DNA of 64,000 nucleotides from Bacteroidales bacterium (GTDB lineage: Bacteria > Bacteroidota > Bacteroidia > Bacteroidales > VadinHA17): the NCBI GenBank assembly GCA_032260385.1, contig JAVVEL010000015.1, positions 862 to 64,861 of the forward strand, in the 5' to 3' direction. Position 1 is the stretch's first letter. Each line of letters begins with the position of its first letter. Made by a program: the position numbers and the translations under genes. This document shows, piece by piece, positions 28,533-37,880 of this stretch. The notes below the pieces were generated by a model. The model was not told the DNA's origin. It made no database searches and saw only the letters and a program-made list of their open reading frames with translations.

Positions 28533-29749
28533 TCAACATCAAAAATGTAAGCAGGTATATTACGGGTATTGTCTTTATATTTTCAGGCCTGGTAAAGGGC
28601 ATTGATCCCATGGGATCAATGTATAAATTTATTGATTATTTCACGGCTTTCAACCTCGATGCACTGGAACCACTGGCTTACACACTGGGTATAATTTTAT
28701 GCACGGCAGAATTTATTATCGGTTTTGCAATCTTCAGCGGCATAAGAATAAGACTTGCAGCCTGGGGAATGTTAATTTTCATGCTGGGCTTTACACCCCT
28801 TACCCTTTATCTGGCAATAGCTAACCCGGTTGCTGACTGCGGCTGCTTTGGCGATGCAATTCACCTTACAAACTGGCAGACTTTCTACAAGAACATAATA
28901 ATTTCCATATTTGTGGTTGTAGTCTTTGTTAACAGGAATAATTACAGGACTGTTTCATTTTCGCGTTATGAATGGCTTGCAATAAGCATCATAACTGTTG
29001 CTTTCGTTCTATTCACAACTTATAATTACAGAAATCTACCGGTAATTGATTTCAGACCCTACCACGTCGGCGCAAATATTCCCGAAAAAATGACTATCCC
29101 TGAAGGAGCCCCGACCAATGAATACGAAACTACACTCACATATGAAAAAAACGGTGTGCAGAAGGAGTTCACCCTGGAAAACTACCCTTCCGGTGACACA
29201 GCATGGGTCTTCGTTGATTCACGGTCCCGCCTGGTAAAAAAAGGTTATGAACCTCCGATCCATGACTTCAGCCTGGTCACACCTGATGGCCAGGACCTGA
29301 CGGATATAATACTCAACGACCAGGGATATAGTTTCTTAATGCTCAGTATAAACCTCTCAGAAGCTGATGCGGATCTTATTGATAAAGGTATTGAATCAGG
29401 ACTTGAGTGCCAGGACAAAGGTATAAGCTTTTACATACTTACTGCTGCATCTTCTTCAATTATAGATAATTACAAAGACATATTCAATATATTCTATTTG
29501 GATGAGACAACCATGAAAACCATTGTGCGCGCAAACACGTGTTTTATGGTTATACATGAAGGCACCATCACAAAGAAATGGGCCGGCAGTGATCTTCCAA
29601 AAAAGAATGAATTACCCGGAATAATAATGAATTCCTACCCTGTCAAAAGTAAGAACAGGACAGTGATCCTTCTAACTGTTATGGCAGGTATTTTGCTATT
29701 TTCTTATTTAACGAAGCTTATATTACGTAAACTGAAAAAAACAAACTGA
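28529..29749 (+). CDS. DoxX/MauE membrane protein (BT_3928-like) with thioredoxin-like periplasmic domain
   Basis: FIFSGLVKGIDPMG, DCGCFGDA, PVIDFRPY and KTIVRAN. Confidence 0.88.
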   Translation: MINIKNVSRYITGIVFIFSGLVKGIDPMGSMYKFIDYFTAFNLDALEPLAYTLGIILCTAEFIIGFAIFSGIRIRLAAWGMLIFMLGFTPLTLYLAIANPVADCGCFGDAIHLTNWQTFYKNIIISIFVVVVFVNRNNYRTVSFSRYEWLAISIITVAFVLFTTYNYRNLPVIDFRPYHVGANIPEKMTIPEGAPTNEYETTLTYEKNGVQKEFTLENYPSGDTAWVFVDSRSRLVKKGYEPPIHDFSLVTPDGQDLTDIILNDQGYSFLMLSINLSEADADLIDKGIESGLECQDKGISFYILTAASSSIIDNYKDIFNIFYLDETTMKTIVRANTCFMVIHEGTITKKWAGSDLPKKNELPGIIMNSYPVKSKNRTVILLTVMAGILLFSYLTKLILRKLKKTN

Positions 29750-29753
29750 TATT

Positions 29754-30521
29754 ATGAGAAGTAAAGTTGTCGCAGGAAACTGGAAAATGAACATGAATCA
29801 TGCAGAAGGACTGTCCCTGGCAAGGGATGTGGATGATTTCTTACTGGGAAACGATAAGCCCGGTCTTGAAGTGATTCTATGCCCTCCCTTTATTCACCTG
29901 GCACATATAGCCGGCTCATTAAGGGCCCCCAATATAAGCACCGGGGCACAAAACTGTTCGGATAAGGATGCCGGAGCTTATACAGGTGAAATATCAGCAG
30001 GGATGATTAAATCGACCGGGGCTGAATATGTTATAATCGGACATAGTGAGAGACGAAGTTATTTTAATGAAAATGATGAGCTCCTGAATGAAAAAATCAA
30101 AACCGCCCTTAATAATAAACTGAGGGTCATATTCTGTTGCGGTGAAGTTTTGAGCGACAGAGAAAAAGGTAAGCATTTTGAAATCGTCAAATCGCAGATA
30201 GAAAAAGCTTTCAATGGTATCAGCAGGGAAGATCTTGTTGATATTATCATTGCCTATGAACCAGTCTGGGCAATAGGTACCGGGGTGACAGCAAGTTCCT
30301 GCCAGGCACAGGAGATGCACTCATATATACGATCAATTATTTATGAGCTTTATGGGAAAAAAGAATCTGAACAGATACTTATCCTCTATGGTGGTAGCTG
30401 TAAACCATCCAACTCTGCTGAACTGTTTTCGATGGAGGATGTTGACGGAGGACTTATAGGAGGAGCTTCGCTGAAGAAAGATGACTTTTGTAAAATTATA
30501 GATTCAATCCCCGTAAAATGA
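29754..30521 (+). CDS. tpiA: Triosephosphate isomerase
   Basis: AGNWKMN, GHSERR, AYEPVWAIGTG, YGGS and GGASL. Confidence 0.98.
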   Translation: MRSKVVAGNWKMNMNHAEGLSLARDVDDFLLGNDKPGLEVILCPPFIHLAHIAGSLRAPNISTGAQNCSDKDAGAYTGEISAGMIKSTGAEYVIIGHSERRSYFNENDELLNEKIKTALNNKLRVIFCCGEVLSDREKGKHFEIVKSQIEKAFNGISREDLVDIIIAYEPVWAIGTGVTASSCQAQEMHSYIRSIIYELYGKKESEQILILYGGSCKPSNSAELFSMEDVDGGLIGGASLKKDDFCKIIDSIPVK

Positions 30522-33500
30522 AACATGCACTGACTATAGCCATATTAGTTAGTTTCTTATCATTGAATCATAATGTCAATGCCCAGATAAGATCATCCTT
30601 CTCGGGTGAGCAGGAAACATTCAGCAGCGAATTGGTCAGTTTTATGGGACCCAATCTAAATGAAGAACAGACTGCCTTGCTTGAAAGCCTGGTAACTGCA
30701 TGGGACAGCACATTGATACATACTTCATCCCGCCCACTGATAATAAAAACCGCGATGAATCTGGAGAACAAAAGGATGAGATCAAATCCTCACTTTATTG
30801 ACTTCATCGCTACCATAATGACTTTTGTCGACTACGACATAGATCATGCTATGCTCAATATCTGGCTTGAGGGATTAAATAAGCTGGCTTCTGAATCCGA
30901 GACAAGAGTCAGTGAAGTAACTTCATTCATAAAATCCGCCTCAAACCTCATACGGGAAAAAATACTGTATAGCTCAAACAGCCTGACATGGAAAACCACG
31001 GCTAATAAATTCACTTTCAGAAACGATACAGCCTTTATGATTTCCATTCCCCTGTCAGATATTATCTGTTATGCCCAGCGTGACAGCACTGTAATTTATA
31101 ATACACAGGGATCATATAGCCCTGTCTCAGGAAAATGGTCTGGAAAAGGCGGGATGATCACCTGGGCTAAGGCAGCTTACCCTGAAAATGAGGTCTATGC
31201 CAGGGCTGAAGCATATGCTCTGGACCTTGGCAAATCGTCCTTTGAGATAGATTCAATCTTGTTTACAAACACAGCCTATTTCGATGAACCCGTTTACGGA
31301 AAGCTGAGCGACAGGGCCATTAACATAAATAAACCTGAAAATGCATCCTACCCGAAATTTGAAACTTATCAGAAAACTTTCGTTCTCGACAACATTTATG
31401 AAAACATTGATTTCACGGGAGGCCTGGCCTTCGAAGGTGCTCTGGTAATCGGTAAGGGTGAACCCTACACACCTGCTGTAATAAAGATATACAGAAATGA
31501 TACACTGGTAGTCAAGGCAGCTTCAAACAGCTTCATTTTTAACAGGGAAAATATACAGACACAGAGCACGGCTTTCACTTTATACCTGGGTAATGATTCA
31601 ATCTATCATTCTGATATAGCCTTTAGCTATAACGTTCCCGGTAAGGAACTTAACACATTCAAGTCGAGGTTTCCCACATCAGAAAGCCCCTACTTCAATT
31701 CATATCACAAAATGGATATGTACTTCGATTATCTTAGCTGGAAGATGGATCAATCGCTCATTACCCTCTCCAGGGCCAGGGGAGCAAGTATAGGCCAGGC
31801 CTATTTTGAATCAAGCTCCTATTTCAGCGAAAATGAATTCCTCAATCTCATGGGTATCGATGACTACCACCCTCTTTTCAGGCTTAAGTCTTTTTCTGAA
31901 TGGTACTATAATGAGACTTTCCCGGTGAGCGAACTCGCAAGGTGGTTGAACCAGCCGGTCGAAGTGGTGATGGCCCTTTGTATAGACCTGGCAAACAAGG
32001 GCTTTCTGTTTTTTGACAGGGTGAATAATGAGGTAACTATAAAACAAAAACTATATGACTATATAAACGCCTTCGGAAAAAAGCAGGATTATGATGTTAT
32101 AAGTATCTTCAGTGAAACAAGAAAGCCTCTTGACAATGCCACCCTTGACCTGCAAAATTATAAAATGAACATTGAGGGGATACCCAGGATCTTCCTCAGT
32201 GATTCCCAGAATGTGCGAATTTATCCTTACGACAGGAGCATTATGCTTGAAAAAAACAGGTCATTTGAGTTTGATGGTGTCGTACAGGCAGGCATGATTA
32301 GCGTATTTGGCAACGATTTTAAGTTCAGCTACGACACATTTAAAATCAAACTTGCCAGGGTTGATTCCATTATGCTGTCAATTGAAACCGGGGAGTTTAA
32401 TGAGGAGGGAAGAGCCCTGGCAAGAAAGGTTGAAGATCTTATACAGATGACCCAGGCTGAACTGCTTATAGACGACCCTGAAAATAAATCCGGGCAGGCC
32501 AGCCTGAAACAGTATCCCATATTCTATGCTTACAGTGATTCTTACGTATTTTACGACAGGATACCGGGGCTTGAAGGAATATATCCCCGGTCTGATTACT
32601 TCTTCAGGCTCGAACCTTTTACCTTTGAAAATACAGACAGGCTGAGACCATCCGACCTGGAATTGCAGGGCACCTTCCATGGAGGAAAAATTATTGACAC
32701 TTTAAACCAGACGCTTACATTGCAACACGATAATTCACTGGGCTTCAGTTATAATATACCTCCAGAGGGTATGGATGTTTACGGAGGAAAAGGAAAGATT
32801 TATAAGCTGATAGAAATGAGCAACCAGGGAATGAAGGGAAACGGCAGCCTGGATTACCTGACGGCCCACCTGGAATCGGATGAATTTAATTTCTTCCCCG
32901 ACTCGGTACTTGCCAGTGCAAAAAACATGACAATAACTGCTAATACAATCTTCCCGGATGTTAAGGCCGGGGCAACTGACATCAAATGGTATCCGGATAA
33001 CGATGAATTTTATTCTCAACCGGCCGACAATTCAAGCTTCAGTATGTTTGATAATGGCACCAGCCTGGATGGAGAACTACTTCTTAAAAGTAATGGGCTC
33101 TCAGGTGAAGGGGAAATAAGCCTTAAAGATTCTTACCTGAGAGGATCTGATTACTCGTTCAGCCCCTCAGCCATTTACACTGATTCGGCAAGCTATTACC
33201 TTAAATCATTGTCGGGCCAGGGCTTTGCCTTTGTAGCCGATGATGCCGGAGTGTCTATCGATTTTGAGACAAACAGGTCGACTTTCAGCCTTAACAGCGA
33301 TTCCTCAATGGTTAAATTCCCTGAAGTTAATTACATAAGCACAATGAGCGATTTCGAATACAATATGCAGGAAAGAGTATTGCTTATGTCCCAGGAGAAT
33401 AAGGCCGATAGAGAACTTATGAAAGCAGATGAATTGCTGAGGCAGAATCTAAATGACCTGGAAAAACCGACTTTTTTCAGCACGCACATGCTTAATGACA

Positions 33501-35020
33501 CAATCAGGTTCAGTGCCAGGTCCGGGAAATACCTCCTTGAGGAAGAAAAAATAATTGTGGACAATATAAATTATATCCCGGTGGCCGATGCCCTTATACA
33601 ACCCGGGAACGGAACACTGAGCATAGGCAAGGGGGCCAAAACCGATCCCATACAGAATGCCCTTATAGCCATTAACAACAGGCATTTAATACACGATGCA
33701 AACGTTAACATAATAAGGAGCAACAGGTATAGTGCAAATGGCCTCTATGATTATGTTGATGAATCGGGAAGCGTGCAAACCATCAGCTTTGATGAAATAA
33801 CAGTTGACTCACTGAGGTCTGAAGGAAAGGGACATATTCCTGCCCATGATAACTTCATGCTCAGTCCCTGGTTTACTTTCCAGGGAGACGTTAGTTTTAC
33901 AGGTGACAAGGACAAGCTGTATTTCCTTGGCAGTACCGGTATAGTGCATGATTGTGACAGGCTGGGATCTTTGCCCCTTAAGTTTGAAAGTGAGATAAAT
34001 CCTGATAATGTAATGATACCGGTGAGCAACAAACCCCGGGGCATGAACGGAAGCCTGATCGCCGCGGGATCGTATATAACAATAGATTCAACCCATATTT
34101 ATTCTGCCCTCCTCTCTCCCGGAAAATCATGGAGCGACTCCCCCCTGGTGCAAGCAATGGGCTATATAATCTACGATAAAGAGGAAAGAAGATATAAGAT
34201 TGGACAAAGAGAGAAACTGGCCAATCCGAACCTACCCGGAAACATTATTACTTTCAACCCTGTTACCTGTGAAGTATACAGCGAAGGACAGGTTAAGCCG
34301 GGACTCGATTACGGGCTCATGAGTCTCAACAGCGCGGGCCGGATCAGTCATAAGACTGATTCCGATATAGTAAGACTTGATCTCATTATTGCATTTGACT
34401 TTCATTTCTCTGAACCGGCACTAAATATTATGGCTGAAGAAATTAGACTTATTCCAACGCTCAAACCCGTTGACATCAGCGGGAATGCTTATAACCTGGC
34501 TATGCAAAATTTAATGGGTGAAGACGCAGCGGCTAGGCTTAAGGAAGAAATGAACCTTTATGGGATGTCCAGGACACTGCCCAAAGATTTCCAGCCTGAA
34601 CTGGTGCTCAATGACCTTAAACTGGTATGGAACCAGGAAGCTCAGTCCTACAGGTCGATAGGCAGAATAGGCCTGGGCTTCGTGGGAAAACAGGCTATGA
34701 ACGTTTATGTTGATGGTTATGTAGAATTGCAAAAGAGACGATCGGGCGACATTCTCGATATCTACCTAAAGGTTGATAATACCACCTGGTACTGGTTCAG
34801 CTATACAAGAGGTGTTATGATGTCATTGTCCGGAAATCCCGCTTTTAATACGATACTTACAGAAGAGAAGACCGGTGACAGGCGTCATCCTGAACATTCA
34901 GTACGTACCCCCTACACATATATGGTAGGCATTCAGGAAAGACTTGATTATTTCCTCAGGAAAATGGAAGGGGAAAAACAGGATGCGGGCGTTACAGACG
35001 ATCCTATTAAATACCGGTAA
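30518..35020 (+). CDS. 1500-aa exported beta-rich protein of unknown function
   Basis: Long ORF, signal peptide ending VNA-Q, ATGA overlap with tpiA; no catalytic motif recognised. Confidence 0.85.
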   Translation: MKHALTIAILVSFLSLNHNVNAQIRSSFSGEQETFSSELVSFMGPNLNEEQTALLESLVTAWDSTLIHTSSRPLIIKTAMNLENKRMRSNPHFIDFIATIMTFVDYDIDHAMLNIWLEGLNKLASESETRVSEVTSFIKSASNLIREKILYSSNSLTWKTTANKFTFRNDTAFMISIPLSDIICYAQRDSTVIYNTQGSYSPVSGKWSGKGGMITWAKAAYPENEVYARAEAYALDLGKSSFEIDSILFTNTAYFDEPVYGKLSDRAININKPENASYPKFETYQKTFVLDNIYENIDFTGGLAFEGALVIGKGEPYTPAVIKIYRNDTLVVKAASNSFIFNRENIQTQSTAFTLYLGNDSIYHSDIAFSYNVPGKELNTFKSRFPTSESPYFNSYHKMDMYFDYLSWKMDQSLITLSRARGASIGQAYFESSSYFSENEFLNLMGIDDYHPLFRLKSFSEWYYNETFPVSELARWLNQPVEVVMALCIDLANKGFLFFDRVNNEVTIKQKLYDYINAFGKKQDYDVISIFSETRKPLDNATLDLQNYKMNIEGIPRIFLSDSQNVRIYPYDRSIMLEKNRSFEFDGVVQAGMISVFGNDFKFSYDTFKIKLARVDSIMLSIETGEFNEEGRALARKVEDLIQMTQAELLIDDPENKSGQASLKQYPIFYAYSDSYVFYDRIPGLEGIYPRSDYFFRLEPFTFENTDRLRPSDLELQGTFHGGKIIDTLNQTLTLQHDNSLGFSYNIPPEGMDVYGGKGKIYKLIEMSNQGMKGNGSLDYLTAHLESDEFNFFPDSVLASAKNMTITANTIFPDVKAGATDIKWYPDNDEFYSQPADNSSFSMFDNGTSLDGELLLKSNGLSGEGEISLKDSYLRGSDYSFSPSAIYTDSASYYLKSLSGQGFAFVADDAGVSIDFETNRSTFSLNSDSSMVKFPEVNYISTMSDFEYNMQERVLLMSQENKADRELMKADELLRQNLNDLEKPTFFSTHMLNDTIRFSARSGKYLLEEEKIIVDNINYIPVADALIQPGNGTLSIGKGAKTDPIQNALIAINNRHLIHDANVNIIRSNRYSANGLYDYVDESGSVQTISFDEITVDSLRSEGKGHIPAHDNFMLSPWFTFQGDVSFTGDKDKLYFLGSTGIVHDCDRLGSLPLKFESEINPDNVMIPVSNKPRGMNGSLIAAGSYITIDSTHIYSALLSPGKSWSDSPLVQAMGYIIYDKEERRYKIGQREKLANPNLPGNIITFNPVTCEVYSEGQVKPGLDYGLMSLNSAGRISHKTDSDIVRLDLIIAFDFHFSEPALNIMAEEIRLIPTLKPVDISGNAYNLAMQNLMGEDAAARLKEEMNLYGMSRTLPKDFQPELVLNDLKLVWNQEAQSYRSIGRIGLGFVGKQAMNVYVDGYVELQKRRSGDILDIYLKVDNTTWYWFSYTRGVMMSLSGNPAFNTILTEEKTGDRRHPEHSVRTPYTYMVGIQERLDYFLRKMEGEKQDAGVTDDPIKYR

Positions 35021-35030
35021 TATACTCAGG

Positions 35031-35735
35031 ATGCAGCTTTTCTATTCACATAAACTTGAAGCCGGTATATTTACCTTTGATGAGAACGAATCGAAACATA
35101 TCATTAAAGTGCTTCGTCACAGAACCGGAGACACCATTTACGTTACCAACGGTAAAGGTGCAATCTACAGGACAGGAATAATAAGTGCTGATCCATTGCA
35201 ATGCAAGGCTGAAGTTACAGGGACCATGTCTTCATTCAATAAACACGACTATTATCTCCACATAGCAATAGCCCCCACAAAAAATTCAGATAGGATGGAA
35301 TGGTTTGTGGAAAAAGCAGTGGAACTGGGAATTGATGAAATAAGTCCCCTGGTATGCGAACATTCGGAACGAAGGAAAATAAATAAGGAAAGGCTTCAAA
35401 AAATAACAGTGTCTGCAATGAAGCAATCGTTTAAATCGCATCTTACGAAAATCAACGACATTGTGAGCTTTGCCGATTTTATTAAAATAGAATTTAATGG
35501 CAAAAAATTCATTGCCCACCTGGATAGCGAAATAAGAAACAATAGCCTGGCTGCAAATTATTTAAAAGGTGAAAATGTACTGTTTCTGATAGGACCGGAG
35601 GGTGATTTCAGCAGGGAAGAAGTAAATCAGGCAATCAGAAATGACTACCTTCCCACAAGCCTTGGCAGGAGCCGTTTAAGAACAGAAACAGCAGGCCTTA
35701 CAGCCTGCTGCTGGGTGTATTACATAAATCAATGA
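35031..35735 (+). CDS. rsmE: 16S rRNA m3U1498 methyltransferase
   Basis: HIIKVLR, EKAVELG, IGPEGDFS and LGRSRLRTETA. Start placed at MQLFY. Confidence 0.95.
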   Translation: MQLFYSHKLEAGIFTFDENESKHIIKVLRHRTGDTIYVTNGKGAIYRTGIISADPLQCKAEVTGTMSSFNKHDYYLHIAIAPTKNSDRMEWFVEKAVELGIDEISPLVCEHSERRKINKERLQKITVSAMKQSFKSHLTKINDIVSFADFIKIEFNGKKFIAHLDSEIRNNSLAANYLKGENVLFLIGPEGDFSREEVNQAIRNDYLPTSLGRSRLRTETAGLTACCWVYYINQ

Positions 35736-35896
35736 TCTTTTAATCCGGGCTTCCACCTGCCCGATTTGCGAAGAGCCTGGTCGATTATCCATTCAATCTG
35801 GGCATTTGTACTGCGAAATTCATCCGAAGCCCATTTTTCAATCGCCTTCAACTTTTCCGGATCAATTCTTAATGCAAACGCTTTTTTTCTGCTCAT
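35729..35896 (-). CDS. Arc-family ribbon-helix-helix DNA-binding protein (55 aa); not in ORF track
   Basis: Manual translation: MSRKKAFALRIDPEKLKAIEKWASDEFRSTNAQIEWIIDQALRKSGRWKPGLKDH. Starts 3 nt after the SPFH stop. Confidence 0.9.
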   Translation of the reverse strand: MSRKKAFALRIDPEKLKAIEKWASDEFRSTNAQIEWIIDQALRKSGRWKPGLKDH

Positions 35897-35899
35897 AAT

Positions 35900-36754
35900 C
35901 TACTGGTGTAATGTTCCGGCATTAACCACCGGGGTCGCATCCTTGTCACCACAAAGGACAACCATCAGGTTACTTACCATGGCAGCTTTCTTCTCCTCGT
36001 CAAGCTCAACTATTTCCTTTTTGCTTAACTGATCAAGAGCCATCTGAACCATAGACACTGCTCCCTCTACAATCTTGAACCTCGCAGCCACAACGGCAGT
36101 GGCCTGCTGACGCCTTAACATGGCTCCCGCAATCTCCTCGGAATAAGCAATATAGTTTATTCTGGCCTCTATAACGTGAATTCCTGCCATCTCCAGCCTT
36201 TCCCGTATTTCTTTCTCAAGTTCATTATTTACCTCTTCTCCCCCACTTCTTAGAGTTATCTCAGCATCCTCATCCTCAAAATTATCATAGGGATAAATGC
36301 CAGCCAGTTTTCGGATGGCAGCATCACTCTGGACGAATACGAAATGTTCATAATCATCAACCTCAAAGGCAGCTTTATAGGTGTCTTCAACTTTCCATAC
36401 AAGAACACAGCCTATCTTTATTGGGTTGCCTATTTTGTCGTTAACCTTGATGGTGTCACTGTCAAAATTCCTGGCCCTGAGGGATATCTTCTTACGTACA
36501 TAAAAAGGATTTACCCAGAAGAACCCGTTATGTTTAACAGTACCCTTGTAAGCACCAAATAAAACCATAACACATGATTCATTTGGATTTACAACAGTAA
36601 AACCCACTGCGGTGAAAATGAATAAGAGTGCCAGTACGATGCCAAGCCATATTATTTCATAATAAAATCCCAGGATCGATCCTGCAAGGATTACTAGCGC
36701 CACTAAAAGGAAGAAGTAACCCGATACCGGTTTAATTGTTTTTTCGTTTGACAT
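35900..36754 (-). CDS. SPFH/band 7 domain membrane protein
   Basis: Two TM helices, LFGAYKGT, KVNDKIGNP, AMLRRQQA and MVSNLMVVLCG. Confidence 0.92.
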   Translation of the reverse strand: MSNEKTIKPVSGYFFLLVALVILAGSILGFYYEIIWLGIVLALLFIFTAVGFTVVNPNESCVMVLFGAYKGTVKHNGFFWVNPFYVRKKISLRARNFDSDTIKVNDKIGNPIKIGCVLVWKVEDTYKAAFEVDDYEHFVFVQSDAAIRKLAGIYPYDNFEDEDAEITLRSGGEEVNNELEKEIRERLEMAGIHVIEARINYIAYSEEIAGAMLRRQQATAVVAARFKIVEGAVSMVQMALDQLSKKEIVELDEEKKAAMVSNLMVVLCGDKDATPVVNAGTLHQ

Positions 36755-36780
36755 GGTTTTGAGTATTGGTTTTAAATTAA

Positions 36781-36810
36781 TGATATTATTTTGATATCGC
36801 TAATATATCA
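36781..36810. promoter_or_regulatory. Putative operator of the SPFH-Arc operon
   Basis: TGATATTA-TTT-TGATATCG (two near-copies of palindromic TGATATCA, 11 bp apart) followed by ATATCA; 27 nt upstream of the SPFH ATG. Confidence 0.55.
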
Positions 36811-36831
36811 TAATAAATTTTAAATTGCAAA

Positions 36832-36858
36832 AAAAACACGGAAAAAATCCGTGTTTTT
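36832..36858 (-). terminator. Intrinsic terminator after the ECF sigma operon
   Basis: AAAAACACGGA-AAAAA-TCCGTGTTTTT hairpin with a long T-run on the minus strand. Confidence 0.7.
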
Positions 36859-36875
36859 ATCGAAAGCAAAATAAT

Positions 36876-37079
36876 TTAATATTTGTCAGACACCCTGTCG
36901 ATAGAATGTAAAAGTTTATTTACGATATTATCGCCAGGTTTTTCGCAAATACTTTTATAAGCAGGTAGAATTTTCTGCAGGCAGTATTCATAGCCAAAGG
37001 CATCTGAGAAAAGGTCCACTGCCGTGGTATCAATCTGGTAATATCTTAAGAACCGGGTAAAATTTTTATCCATAGGCAT
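36876..37079 (-). CDS. Small hypothetical protein downstream of the ECF sigma gene
   Basis: 67-aa ORF fills the gap between the sigma gene and its terminator; C-terminal KPGDNIVNKLL helix. Confidence 0.55.
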   Translation of the reverse strand: MPMDKNFTRFLRYYQIDTTAVDLFSDAFGYEYCLQKILPAYKSICEKPGDNIVNKLLHSIDRVSDKY

Positions 37080-37132
37080 GTTATTTCTTTTTATAGAAGA
37101 AACGGTGCCACCCGGAAAATATTGTCAGGATC

Positions 37133-37720
37133 TTAATTAATTGTCAGGTTAAGGCTTTTTTCCTCAATCATTTTTCTCATATTGATGAGGGCGTACCTCA
37201 TTCGTCCCAGGGCTGTGTTTATACTTACCTCCGTTTGTTCGGCTATTTCCTTGAACGAGAGTCCTGCATAATGCCGCAGCATAACAACCTCTCTCTGGTC
37301 ATCCGGCAGCCTCTCAAGGAGGATACGCACATCATTTTCGATTTGTTCCTTTACAAGGCTGTCCTCAATATTATCTTCTGCGAATCTCTTTTCATTGAGA
37401 ATATCGGTTTCATAGTCATCATTGGAAAGCAACCTCATTTGTTTTTCCCTCCGGAAGTGATCGATGATGAGGTTATGGGCTATTCTCATCACCCATGAAA
37501 GGAACTTCCCGTTATCAGTATATTTCCCGGCTTTTAGCGAGCGTATTACTTTCAGGAAGGTTTCCTGGAAAATATCTTCAGCAAGGCTTTGCTCTCTCAC
37601 ATAGATGGAAATATATGTAAAAACCTTGTTTTTATGACGATTTATGAGATTTTCTATTGCAGAGCGATCACCATTTATAAACTGCCTTACTAACTCCTGG
37701 TCAGTATTGTTTGACATCAT
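37133..37720 (-). CDS. ECF sigma-70 factor
   Basis: AEDIFQETFLK, FLSWVMRIAHNLIIDHFR and LSFKEIAEQTEVSINTALGRMRYA. Confidence 0.95.
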   Translation of the reverse strand: MMSNNTDQELVRQFINGDRSAIENLINRHKNKVFTYISIYVREQSLAEDIFQETFLKVIRSLKAGKYTDNGKFLSWVMRIAHNLIIDHFRREKQMRLLSNDDYETDILNEKRFAEDNIEDSLVKEQIENDVRILLERLPDDQREVVMLRHYAGLSFKEIAEQTEVSINTALGRMRYALINMRKMIEEKSLNLTIN

Positions 37721-37880
37721 TCTAACTCGAATTGGTTAAGAGTAGAATTTTTCTATAGGCAGTCCTTTTTTATTAATGGTTTAGTTCAATAGAGGCTGCA
37801 ATTAAATAAAAAAAAATTAAAATTAAAAATATTAATTTTGTTGCCCGTGTTATTTTGCAGTAAAAGCCATTACTTTTTGT

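Noticed and set aside
36839-36851. CGGA-AAAAA-TCCG, a perfect GGA-N5-TCC SOS-box-like site
   Set aside because: It is the top of an 11-bp hairpin with a T-tract right after a gene end; a terminator explains it more simply, and the downstream SPFH gene is not a repair gene.
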